Shown: positions 27,583 to 38,950 of the stretch, piece by piece
How the letters are laid out: each line of letters opens with the position of its first letter
Position numbering within the stretch: position 1 is the first letter of the stretch
NCBI GenBank assembly: GCA_951406725.2
Contig: OX597816.1
Span: 98,766,001 to 98,830,000, forward strand
Direction of reading: 5' to 3'
DNA length: 64,000 bases
Origin: Octopus vulgaris
Taxonomy: Eukaryota
The notes under the pieces: generated by a model
Database searches by the model: none
Seen by the model: the letters and a program-made list of their open reading frames with translations, nothing else
What the model was told of the DNA's origin: nothing
Position numbers and translations under genes: made by a program

Positions 27583-28479
27583 TGGCGAAAATAAATTTAA
27601 GACAGATGATAAAAGTTCTATTTCTTACAAAATATTTTGTTACTAACACCATACAAATTATTTTTATCTTTTACACTTTATGCAGAATTTATTTCTCTTT
27701 CGAATGAGGAACACAATAGCTATTTTTATACAACTTGAAGAATTCTAAGGCTAAATTAATATAAACGTTTCAAATTTACCGGCAAAATTAGTTTAAGACC
27801 GCATCATCATAATTTTATTTAAAGGTTAACATTTTAGCAAAAATAACCAACAGCAACGAAATACATATTAGTACTTTGTGCCGTAGCCTTTATTCTTAAT
27901 AATGGCTGAACAACGCCTCGGCATTGAATTCGCTAAGCAGGGAACTTGTCCGGACCCACTGCTGAATCAGGTTTTGATTTCTTCTATTGCTGCTAGGATA
28001 TCAGTGGCATCGAAGGTTATGTAGGACGGGACATGTTGAGGATTGAAAGAAGCAAAGCTGCTTGAATCAACTCTATCAGGGTCGCTGAAGACAGAACAGT
28101 ATTGACTTTGCAGGATACCATCCACGTCATTGGAATCACTATGAAGAATACCGTTTCCGTCAACCAGTGGGACGTTAGAGGAAACTGTGTTCTGATGTGT
28201 TTTTGCAAAGGAGTAGAAGACCTTAGGACTATTCTTGATGTTTTTAATAGTCCAGGCTTCCTCTGCAGCACTTTAGTCGTTTATGAGGGTTCTCATACAG
28301 ACCTGCATTTGTTGCTTCCGTGATGCCAAGGTTGTTAATTTCTCGATTGGTGGTGATACTGATGGTGGTATTTTAGAATATTGATTTTTCATTTTATTCT
28401 ATTTATTATCCTGCTGAGCGCTTTCCTTTGTTTTGGAATCCTGTTATTACGAATCGTGAGGGTCTGTGTTTTGAGCATA

Positions 28480-29769
28480 CGAGGGGCGTTCAATAAGTAA
28501 TGCCCCTGACCCACTTCCCATAGCAGTAGAGCAACGAAATTTGGCACAGGTATTAGTCTTTTTCTACATAGGAACCACCCAGAGTTACGCATTTCTCCCA
28601 TCGTTTGATGCGGCTCCGGAGACCGTTTTTGTAGAAGAACCCAGCTTGGTCCTCCAACGTCAACGTGACTTCAGAAATCAAGGCTGCATCATCTGGGAAA
28701 CGCTTTCCTTTCAAAAACAACTTCATGATTGGGAAGAGGTGAAAATCAGAGGGTGCAAGGTCAGGAAAGTATGGGGGATGAGGAGGAGTTCATAGCCATA
28801 CGCCTGTGCTTCTGATCTGGCGACAAGCGAGTTGTGGACCGGAGCGTTGTCCTGCAGGAGGAGGATGACTTTGCTGATCTTGCCCCGCCTCTTGATTTTG
28901 ATAACTTCTCTTAATTTCCTCAAAAGTGAAGCATAATAGGCTCCTGCAATTGTGGTACCTTTTGCCAGGAAATCTGTCATCACTACTCCGTCCTGGTCCC
29001 AGAAGACTGTGAGCAAACCTTGCCAGCGGAGGGCTGCCCCCTTGCCTTCTTTGGAGGGGGTGAGTCAGGGTGCTTCCACTGCATTGACTGGGCTTTGGTC
29101 TCTGGATCATTGTGATGGACCCAGGTTTCATCCTGTGTAATCAATCTTTTGAAACATTTTGACTCATCTTCTTGGCACTTCTCCAAATTCCCCCTCGAGC
29201 ACTCGACGCGTTCTTGCTTCTGGAAAGGCGTGAGCAACCTGGGAATCCATCTGGCAGACACCTTTTGCATATGCAAATGGTCATGAATGATAGTTTCCAC
29301 AGACCCGGTACTAATCTTGACATCATGGGCTATTTGGCGAATAATTATGCGTCGATCTTCCAAAATGGCAGCCTCAACTTGACGGACAGATGCCTTATCA
29401 ATGGCAGAAGGGGGCGACCAGATCTGGGAGCTGTTTCCACAGAGTTCCGACCATGTTTGAATTCAAGATGCCAGCGTTTTACAAGGTCATATGATGGGGC
29501 ATCATCACCATAAGTTACTTTCATTTCATCAAAAGAGACCCGTGGTGTGCGTCCTTTCCAATACAAAAACCGGATCACTGCTCGACACTCAACAGGCTCT
29601 ATTTCACACTTGACTCGGTTCAAACACCTGTAAATCAGAAACCACAATTAATTCAGAGCTGTAATTTGCCACTTACTCTATAGAGATATAAATGATTGCA
29701 CATGCAAAATTTCAGCTAGATGAAACAACTGCAAGTGGGTCAGAGGCATTACTTATTGAACGTCCCTCG
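28480..29769 (-). mobile_element. Full-length mariner (Tc1/mariner, DD34D, irritans-like) transposon
   Basis: 37-bp TIRs at 28480-28516 and 29733-29769 (35/37 identical, cgaggggcgttcaataagtaatgcccctgacccactt), TA at 28478-79 and 29770-71, length 1290 bp. Confidence 0.97.
28553..29602 (-). pseudogene. Mariner transposase pseudogene (three frameshifts; probable start mutated to ATA)
   Basis: Joined ORFs give EPVECRAVIRFL..PRSGRP..KVSARWIPRLL..ITQDETWVHH..MLTVFWD..LLQDNAPVH..HPPYFPDLAPSDFHLF..RWEKCVTLGGSYVEKD*. There are 34 residues between the second and third Asp. Confidence 0.95.
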
Positions 29770-30165
29770 TATGTGGGTGGCTGTGTCCTGAAATAGTTGC
29801 CATGCGTTTGTGTTTGTTGCGGTATTGAAAGAAGCAAGGGTGAAAGACCAGTCCAGTTGCAATAAGTTTGGACTTGTGTTAATTCATATTAACAAATGGA
29901 TGCACTGGAGTTAATGATTTTATGCCGAATCTTTGTATTCTGAAGATTGAGGTTACACAGTACTATGTCATGATCGGACAGGAGTTTTTCCCCCCCACTG
30001 TGATGTTATAAATAGTGCCAGCATGGTTGCTTAGCACTACAGGAGAAACCCAGAGTAATTTATTTGTCAAAGAAAACTCTCTCTACAATAAAAATCAGTA
30101 TACTAGCTAAAGGATTAAAATACATATATATATATATGTGTGTGTGTGCGTGAGCGTGTGTGTAT

Positions 30166-30290
30166 TGTGGAGGTGCATTGCTCACTGGCTAGAGTCAGAC
30201 ACATAATCATAAGATTGTGATTTCGATTCACCATGGACCGGCTGATACGTTTGTACTTGAGCAAAAACAAATTACATGAAGCAATGATTT
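30166..30290 (+). mobile_element. Decayed SINE head (family D-like)
   Basis: gtggaggtgcattgctcactggctagag...aagattgtgatttcgattc resembles the reverse complement of 6060-6152. Confidence 0.4.
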
Positions 30291-30730
30291 TATGATTGTC
30301 CTTCCTCAATTTTACCCATCTTCTAAACTTTTTCGATCGAATTCCTCCTTCCTCTGTTCTTTCTATGCTTTCTTCTCTTCAAAAGTCACCTTCTCTTCCT
30401 CTTAATTCTTTCTTTTCCAGATCAACACTCCTCTGCATCTTTCCTTCATACCCCCCGTTCACTCTCATTATATATATTATACTGCCTCTCTACGCTCTCC
30501 TTCCAATGCCTGTACCATTCCTTCATTGTTCTGGTCGGTTATGACCAGAATTGATTCTGACGAAAGTAGGGTTAATTTTTCAGGTAAATCAACTTTTCCC
30601 AACGATGAATGGGCCGATTGAGTAAAACTATCAATAACAATCCTATAATAAATACTGGAAAGGTGTGTAAATTAAATTTTCTGTAAAGAAAAATATGTAA
30701 TAACATTATTTATGTCTTGTTTTATATATA

Positions 30731-31111
30731 TATGCATATATATGGGTAGAGGACGTCACTGTAAACAACATGAAATACGAAAACAAATGACTTCAATACG
30801 CAAACAACGAGAGAAACAAATAGAAAACAGGGCAAGTATCATCAAGAACGACCCTTTATCAGTTGTCGGCTGTCTATCTACTCCTTATTTCTAGTATTGA
30901 ACGACAATATGAGTCATCGAAGACAATTACTCTCATGAGTGCCAAAATAATATTTGGGATTTATGGGGGATCGAAGCTGGGGACAAAAACAGGACAATGG
31001 AGACATACTAGGAAACTGAACGAAAACAAATATGGAGGGTCGTAAGACCAGAACGAGGGTAAAATACCGGAGGCTGCAGAAATATTTCCTTGACAAAAGA
31101 AATGTTAGAAG
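30731..31111 (-). mobile_element. Interspersed repeat, copy 1 (putative Penelope-like terminal repeat)
   Basis: Aligns over about 350 bp with 31573-31925. It is bounded by (TA)n and has CTGATAA on the minus strand at 30856-30862, where copy 2 has CTGACGA. Confidence 0.65.
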
Positions 31112-31120
31112 ATATATATA

Positions 31121-31559
31121 TACTCTTTACTCTTTTATTTGTTTCAGTTATTTGACTGCGGCCCTGCTGGGGCACCGCCTTTAGTCGAGCAAACCGACTC
31201 CAGGACTTATTCTTTGTAAGTCCACTACTTATTCTATCGGTCTCTTTTGCCGAACCGCTAAGTGACGGGGACGTAAACACATCAGCATCGGTTGTCAAGC
31301 AATGCTTGGGGGACAAACACAGGCACACAAACATATACACAAACACATACATATATATATATATATATATTTATTTATTTATATACACATATATACGACA
31401 GGCTTCTTTCAGTTTCCGCCTACCAAATCCACTCACAAGGCAATGGTCGGCCCGTGGCTATAGCAGAAGACACTTGCCCAAGGTGCCACGCAGTGAGACT
31501 GAACCCGGAACCATGTGGCTGGTAAGCAGGCTACTTACCACACAGCCACTCCTGCGCCT
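31121..31559 (-). mobile_element. Full-length composite SINE family A
   Basis: tRNA-like head (aggcgcaggagtggctgtgtggtaag...gggttcagtctc), a ccttgggcaagtg CORE-like segment, an internal (TA)/(TG) microsatellite, and a tail ending aaaagagtaaagagta. Confidence 0.9.
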
Positions 31560-31572
31560 ATATATATATACT

Positions 31573-32124
31573 TATGCATATATATGTAGAGGACGTCACT
31601 AACAGTAAACAACATGAAATACGAAAACAAATCAGTACAAACCAATGAGAGAGACAAATGGAGAACAGGACAAGCAACATAAGGAACAACCCTTCGTCAG
31701 TTGTCGGCTCTCTAGCTACTCCTCATTGCGAGCATTGAACGCCAATATGAGTCTTCGAAGATTGTTACTCCCATAAGTACTAAAATAATATTTGGGATTT
31801 ATGGAGGGTCAAAGTTGTGCAAGGAAGCCGAACGAAAACAAACATGGTGGGTCGTAAGACCAGAACGATGGTAAAATAGCAAACGCTGGAGAAATATTTT
31901 CTTTGAGAAGAGAAAAGATAGAAGCAAGAAATAAGATACCTCTAGTCCTTAGCAGAATCCTGAAAGAAAAAGGAAGATTATCAAGAGAGGAAAAATATAT
32001 GAATGATGGTTACCTTTGAGCAACGCGAGAGAGAAAAGGAGAAAGAGGGTCGAGACAAAATGAAGCAGATATTATACGATGAAAGCAAGAAAAGAGAATG
32101 AGAGAAAGGATGAACGAGCAATTG

Positions 32125-32128
<4 letters not shown>
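31573..32128 (-). mobile_element. Interspersed repeat, copy 2 (putative Penelope-like terminal repeat)
   Basis: Diverged direct copy of 30731-31111 plus a GA-rich extension, bounded by (TA)n on both sides. CTGACGA on the minus strand at 31694-31700. Confidence 0.65.
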
Positions 32129-32170
<42 letters not shown>

Positions 32171-32465
32171 GTATATACCCACTTAGAATGGATTGAAAGT
32201 GATTCCCATGAAATAAATATATCTGCATCTAAATCTAATTCTTCAATGGGACTAGAAATTATGCTTTGATAATGCCAGTGAAGAATCTCATAGCTTAGGA
32301 TTGCCAATCCCCATACCCTTTAAATTAAAATATGCTTTCATTTTTGTTCGAGAAGCTAACAGTAAACTGGTATACTGATTTGGAATGTGATTAGAAACGT
32401 AGAGATAATATAAAATCAGATAAATGTTATTGTATTAATCTGTTCCCGGAATGAAATAATTTTAG

Positions 32466-32570
32466 TGCTGATCCTTAGGAAGAAAATGCAGACATTGCAC
32501 GCTTTGACTCCACCGTGGTCAGTTCCCAAAAATTAAAATATTCCCTATCACATTAAACACCAACTAAAAA
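32466..32570 (+). repeat. Dispersed repeat of about 100 bp, copy 1
   Basis: tgctgatccttaggaagaaaatgcagacattg...tggtca...caactaaaa matches 37965-38067. Confidence 0.65.
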
Positions 32571-33141
32571 TCGATTTTGAAAATGTTAATAGTCAGAAAT
32601 TTGTACAAAGCTAAGGAGATGAATAAATTTCAATTCGTTACTGGGGCTAATGTGCACTGTGCATAACAAATAAATATTCGATAAATTATTATGTAAATTA
32701 TAGAGATACATTAACAGATAGCAATTAAACACTTTGTCAGTTTTGATTTAGGATTAGACAGCAATAATTTCCAGACGTTTGCACATTCTACTGCAGGTGA
32801 TTACGTCATTCTCTAGATGAGTAGTGACACTAAAAGGCAGTTAATATAACGAACGGCAGTTGAGGCGCAACACTTCTTTAAGCATCTTCATGTCTCTTTC
32901 TCTCTCCCTCTCTCGATCTTTCTCTTTTCCTCTCTCTCTTTCTCTTTCGCTCTCATTTTCGTTCTCATTCTGTTTCGCTCTGTTGTAACATACACGTGTG
33001 TGCATTAAAACTCTTGACAAGGAAATATGTCATCTGCGATTTCAAAATTTTGGCTTGCTTGTGTTTACAACTGATCGTGCAGCTTTTTTATACGGTTTGA
33101 CTAGATGATTTTAAGTGTTGATGAATCTATCTAAAACCCTA

Positions 33142-33193
33142 ATTATATGTGGGATTATATGTGGGATTACATGTGGGATTACATGTGGGATTA
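33142..33193. repeat. 12-bp tandem repeat x4 (attaYatgtggg)
   Basis: attatatgtggg attatatgtggg attacatgtggg attacatgtggg atta. Confidence 0.9.
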
Positions 33194-33450
33194 GGAAAGT
33201 AGTTGTGCAAGAAGGGGACATAAAGGAGGGTGGGTTAAAAGCAAATTATAGCGAGGAAATATATAACATTTGATGTGGCAATTTGTTATTGTTTAACGTT
33301 CATGTATATAAATAATTTACTTAAAATACGTACATACTCTCGTGTATAGAAATACGTTCATAAACGCTCATTCATACAACAGAATATATACGAACATGCA
33401 TACATATTAATATATGTATATATATATGTATATATATATATATATCTATA

Positions 33451-33485
<35 letters not shown>

Positions 33486-33726
33486 TATATGTAAGTGAAT
33501 TCTCTACTAATATAATGATTTCTTAAATATAGCAGCGAAACACGTTTCGTTTTTCTACCTATTATATACAATATATTATTTTTGTAATTTATTAATCTTC
33601 ACTTTTTAATTGTTATTTTAATTTTAACTTTTCTAGTTATGTAATCTTCTAGATGGTGTAATTTAATTATTCATTTTGGATTTGATCGCTTTTATTATTG
33701 TTAATGTTATTGTCTGGTTTGGTATT

Positions 33727-33788
<62 letters not shown>

Positions 33789-36700
33789 TTGGAGAGAAAG
33801 TGATGAGATGAGAGGGGAGAAAACGGAGTGGCAGAAACCAAGACGGAGAGAGAAAATATCTGTGTCGTGATTAAAGGTTTACACGTAATGACTGCAAGAA
33901 AGAGAGCGTGTAATGAGGACATAACAGTAACCCGCTTGAACTGAGGGGTGCAAGCGCGTCTGTCTTTGTGAGAATGGTGCGTGTGAGTGTGAGTGAGTAT
34001 GTATGTGCGTGAGGGAGGGGCAGTGCATTGCTGGGTGAGCTTAAAAATATGTATATTAATAATTCCTGACAAACTACAACTTCCTTCATTTCATTGGACT
34101 CAAATAATGAATGATTAGTCTCATTCATTTGGATGTAACATTCAACCTTTTGGAGGGATTCATCAATATTAATTGCTAAAAAGCTATAGTGATGGGTATA
34201 ATGTTTCTGTCCGTACTTGTTTGTATAAACTGTGATAAAGTGTTTATTACATTTAGTCCGTAAATCTATCTAACGCATAAGAACGTTGTAATTCGTTGGA
34301 TAAAGGCCAATAAAATGGGTAACAGATTAACTGCTGGTTTATACAAATTAATATAAACATTTGAAGTCGATACCAAAGCCAGTTGGGACTCGACTAACAT
34401 AACTAAATTATTATAGTATATATATATATATATATAAATTCTCAGTTTATTGTGCTGAGATTTGTTATATTATAGGGAGTTGCAGAATGGGCCTTCCATT
34501 AAATTGAAGTCTTAGATTTATTGTATTTCATTTAATGATGATGCTAGCACCTACACGAATTTCAGTTTATTTTTCCACTTTAAAAACTTGTGAGTTAAAC
34601 GATTTTCAGATAAGTGTGTATATACGATACAGATTGTTCTTTTACTGTTTCAGATCCAATTTGAGAAAAGATAATAACTTATAATTGTAGCTAAATTATA
34701 GCTATACATTATATTCGCATATTATATATTCTTTTGAAGACATATTTCCCTTTCCATAATAATTTTCTGTTAGGTATAATTTTTTGGTAAATGTACGCGA
34801 GTATTTTATGTATTTACCTCATGTCGGTAGAAATGTTTTCTTTTGTTCTATGAGGAAATACATTTTTATTATTTAAAAAATCCATGATTTAAGAATTGTA
34901 TTCTAATAACTTTCAAACAGCGTATTGTCTATATCATCCGTCTGTATATATTGCATTGATGATAACCTTTGATTTGTAGTTCAGAGGAAAAGATAAATAA
35001 TATGTCAAATTATTTATAAATATACTCACCCAAGTAACAAAGTTGTAATCAATTTTATGAATGTAATGAGATAACATGCATATTGCGGAGATTATTTTCT
35101 AAAATATATTATACAACAATGATAATCTGCATTATGTGTTGTATTTTCTTTCTAGTGAAAGGAAAATATTTTGTAAATCATTTTTCAGAATTATTTACGT
35201 CAGAATATTGCAGTAGATACTAAAATTTCTCAAGTTCACAGTAATGTCTATGCATATGATAAACTTTCAGACTGATAAAGATTGATTATTAATTCATCAA
35301 ACCACATCCTGTGCAAAATTCAATCGGCATGGCACAACATAATATTCATCTTTAACTCATTCTGAAGGGCTAAAGTTTATATGTCGTACACAAGTGTCCA
35401 GTATAAGTGACAATGGAACATGGCAAATGCGAATATCATATTGAAAAAGATCTATATAACATACGCTTTAAAAAATTCATAATTAGTACTGATGCAATAT
35501 TTCAGAGGGGTTACCTTTGTGAAATAATATTTATTGATAACTACTGGCAAATAATGTGAAGTCGACAAACACTAATCGAAGAAGTCTTAATAATTAAGTT
35601 ATAATATAAATAGATAGACATAGCCTGCGGCAATTTCAGTCGACTTACAAACGTGGATCAGCCAAGACGTGTTGGCATTATGCCCAGAATATAGCCAAGG
35701 CATTTCTTGTTTTGCCAAACCTATAAAATGTTATAGATTTAAAGCGTATTTTTCTAACATATTCCTTTGTTCCATATTTGTGTAAATCGATAACTTTCTA
35801 GACTGCATATCGCATGTCATTCTATTATTTTTGCATCGTTAAATATCGTCTCTTTTCTTATTCCCACATCACGATAGATATAATATACGCTTAATATTAT
35901 TTAATATGATTTTTTCCCTATTTCCAACAAAGTAAATGGAATGAGTCAATGAGTAAGTTAGTTTTATTGGAATATCATTGGAGTGTGGAAGCCAATGGGA
36001 GAGATATAATGTTTTATCTCACATATTCATACAAATTAAAACATTAACGTTTTGAAATATTTATCACGTTCCAGCGATCTCTATTTTCTAGCAATACACG
36101 ATATAATGTATCATTTTACTAAGCATTCTTTTGATGTCTTTTCCAGCAACATTAGCGACAGATGTGGAACCGAAATATTATGGAATACTTACGGCTTCCA
36201 TTGAGAGTTTAAGAAAGATGTAGGATGTAGTTGTATGTCCACTGATGTATGATACAGTATAGCATTGACAATTTTGGTCAACTTTCCATTTTTTAAATAC
36301 TATTTAACCATCAAAGGCTTCACACTTATCTAAAAATCATGCTGAATCTCTGACTACTATTCCATTTCTGTATATCAGTACATTCTTAGATGGTTGAATG
36401 TGTTTTATATTTTGTTTGATTACAATAATGATGGGTACAAAATGATATTTCAGTCTTTTGTTCGCATTTCTATGTAGTAACTATCAAAAAGAATACATGA
36501 ATTTTTATACGCAGTAACAGAAAGAAACTATTTTAGTGATAACGTTAACAATGTTTCAACAGTAATAGTGATGGCCAGAAAATTGTATAGCTTTCAACCA
36601 AGGCATTGAAAACCCCTTGTTCAGATACAAGCTATCTGTTTTTACACTGCTACTTATATTAAGATTACAAGTTCTTAAAAAGTGTCTCTGAATTCTCAGT

Positions 36701-37073
36701 ATTTATAAGCCTGAATCGCTAACCTGCATACGCTACAAAAATATTTAAAATCGACCACTTTTTATTTATTTGATCGTCACACAAATGTCTGTTCTTATAT
36801 ACATAATAAATACTACAAACTGTAACGTTTCCTAAAGGTCTAATTTTCTTGATATATCTTCCCGTCTTTGAATATGGTCAACTGCATTGATTTCACCACC
36901 CCGTACGTATATCAAAGTTACTAAGCATCTTCAACTATTTCATTAAAAATGGTATGTTGAGTCTGACAACTTAGAAGAAACAGATTTGTTTTCTTCTTTG
37001 AATAAAACAATGAATTCGTGCAACCCATATTAAATGGTTGCTTTCATTACGTTCTACAGCATTATACTCTATT

Positions 37074-37109
37074 TACCTAATACCTTTATTTATATAAAGG
37101 TATTAGGTA
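37074..37109. repeat. Perfect 16-bp inverted repeat with 4-nt loop
   Basis: tacctaatacctttat-ttat-ataaaggtattaggta. Confidence 0.9.
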
Positions 37110-37964
37110 GTTTATCAACTTTGCATTACTTAGATATTTATATCAAGTTGACATTAATATTGTATATTTGATAGTTGAAGTGTCTTAAGATGGTATTTCT
37201 TTTCACAAACCCCAACAAATCGCAATTCCCATGTTATACCAATATGCAACTACATTTTCGTATCTGCAAGGAAGACGAAATGCCACTCCCTGAAAAAAAT
37301 GCGATCAATTATGGAAGAAGCGAAATGATTGCTGAAGTATCTCAGAACTAGTTCCTTTCACGTATTTGAATGAAATTTTGCCTCACCTGGTTCATTTTTT
37401 CTCAAATTAGCTCCATTTTATATGCGTGAATTAACTTTCTCATATTACCTTTGAAACACTCTTTAGAAAGGAATTGAAGTTTCTGTGATTCATATGAAAC
37501 CTATGTAAATGTAATTATCTAATTTTCTATTACTTTCACAATTTATTTCTCTAGAAACATGAGTTCATGTTTTGCTGAAGGACAGTCATGCATCATCCGT
37601 TTACAGCCGATTGTCGAGGTCCAAATCAAAGCATACACAAACAACATAAAATTAATTTTCAATGTACTACATACTTTTCGTTAATGATTTTATCTGCTCC
37701 GAATATTTGGCTAATATCACAACCGATTTTGTCGTCACCTTTATTATTGGGAATATTATAGAAGGTACCTAGAAAACGGTTAATATTGTTATTTTACTAT
37801 TGCTATTGTAAACTATATTTGTAGTGTTGCCTCGTCAGTATTGATGGTAAAGTTGGAATTACCGCTCCAATTTTCTCCAAGATTTTCCGGCAGCTTACAA
37901 AACCATGAAGAATTCTCAAAAATTCTCTTCATACTTGTTTTAGTTTAGTTTATTTTATATCCAT

Positions 37965-38067
37965 TGCTGATCCCCAGGAAGAAAATGCAGGCATTGAACA
38001 CTATTTCCGCGACCTGGTCAATACTCGAAAAGTAAAACGTTACCTGTAGTTTAATCCTCAACTAAAA
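37965..38067 (+). repeat. Dispersed repeat of about 100 bp, copy 2
   Basis: tgctgatccccaggaagaaaatgcaggcattg...tggtca...caactaaaa matches 32466-32570. Confidence 0.65.
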
Positions 38068-38652
38068 GAGAAACCACCACCCATTCCGCCAATTCCACTT
38101 GGATAGATTCTTTCACTGAACGTTAACATTGAATATATACAACATACGAACGCTAGACAGAAGATGTATGCTCCCCTGACAAATTACCTCAGCACATATA
38201 CCCAGAATATAATATAATATAATGCAGTCACCATCCAACACGGTCTTTTTTCCCAAAACCAAACTCAAGGGATATAATCACAGAAAATCTTCCATCCAAA
38301 ATAACACCCTTTGGTTTCTTGTTCTCTTTAGGAAACGTTTTGTGAAATCCTGAGATTCTTTGTATTCTCATCCAAAAGGGAGGCCAAAAGTGAGGCTCAG
38401 CAGGGAGAACCATGCCTTTGAGACTCAGTCTCAACTCATGGCTCGCCACTTCATCCTTCGTAGATATCCCTTCACCACAATCCCCACCTCCTTAGCCATC
38501 AGCTCTCTCTTCCTCTGCACCCGCCCCGCTGTCATTCGTCTCCCGTTTCGTCTCACCTACAACCCCTCCTCCCTGCATCTTCACCGCACTATTCTCCAAA
38601 CCTTCCGGGGACTCCATTTATGTATGTGTGTGTGTGTATGTATGTATGTATG

Positions 38653-38699
<47 letters not shown>

Positions 38700-38741
38700 G
38701 TCATTTACAATATCATTGTCATTGTTGTTGTTGTTGTTAAG

Positions 38742-38950
38742 TCAGGGAGCTACCAGAATAGTTACCACCTCGAAAAACTACTTTGCAGCACTTCCGGTGT
38801 TACGTTCTGAGGTCAAATACTATTGATATCGACCTTGTCTTTCATCGTTTTGTAGTCGATAACATGAGAACTAGTTGAGTTCTGGGTTTGATAATATCGA
38901 CTAATCAGTTTTGAAAATGTCGGACCTTGTGCCTATAGTATAAATAAATA
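38742..38950 (+). mobile_element. Decayed SINE family B
   Basis: ttacgttctgaggtcaaat...tcgaccttgtctttcatcgttttgtagtcgataa...ggaccttgtgcctatagta matches the second monomer at 55847-56010. Confidence 0.7.

Larger units (their letters stand above)
27915..30050 (-). mobile_element. CR1/L2-type LINE ORF2 remnant (APE end to RT start), split by the mariner
   Basis: Manual translation: LSDHDIV (about 29962-29982)..AWQLFQDTATH|ICSKHRP across the insertion site..IKNIKNSPKVFYSFAK..PLVDGNGILHSD..ILQSQYCSVFSDP..ILAAIEEIK..GPDKFP. Confidence 0.8.

Noticed and set aside
33099-33112. miR-279-like start (tgactagat); similarly tatcacag (miR-2-like) at 50611
   Set aside because: Only seed-length matches, with no mature-sequence match or hairpin.
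33142-33193. CRISPR-like or telomeric array
   Set aside because: It is a contiguous 12-bp tandem with no spacers, it is not TTAGGG, and the context is eukaryotic.
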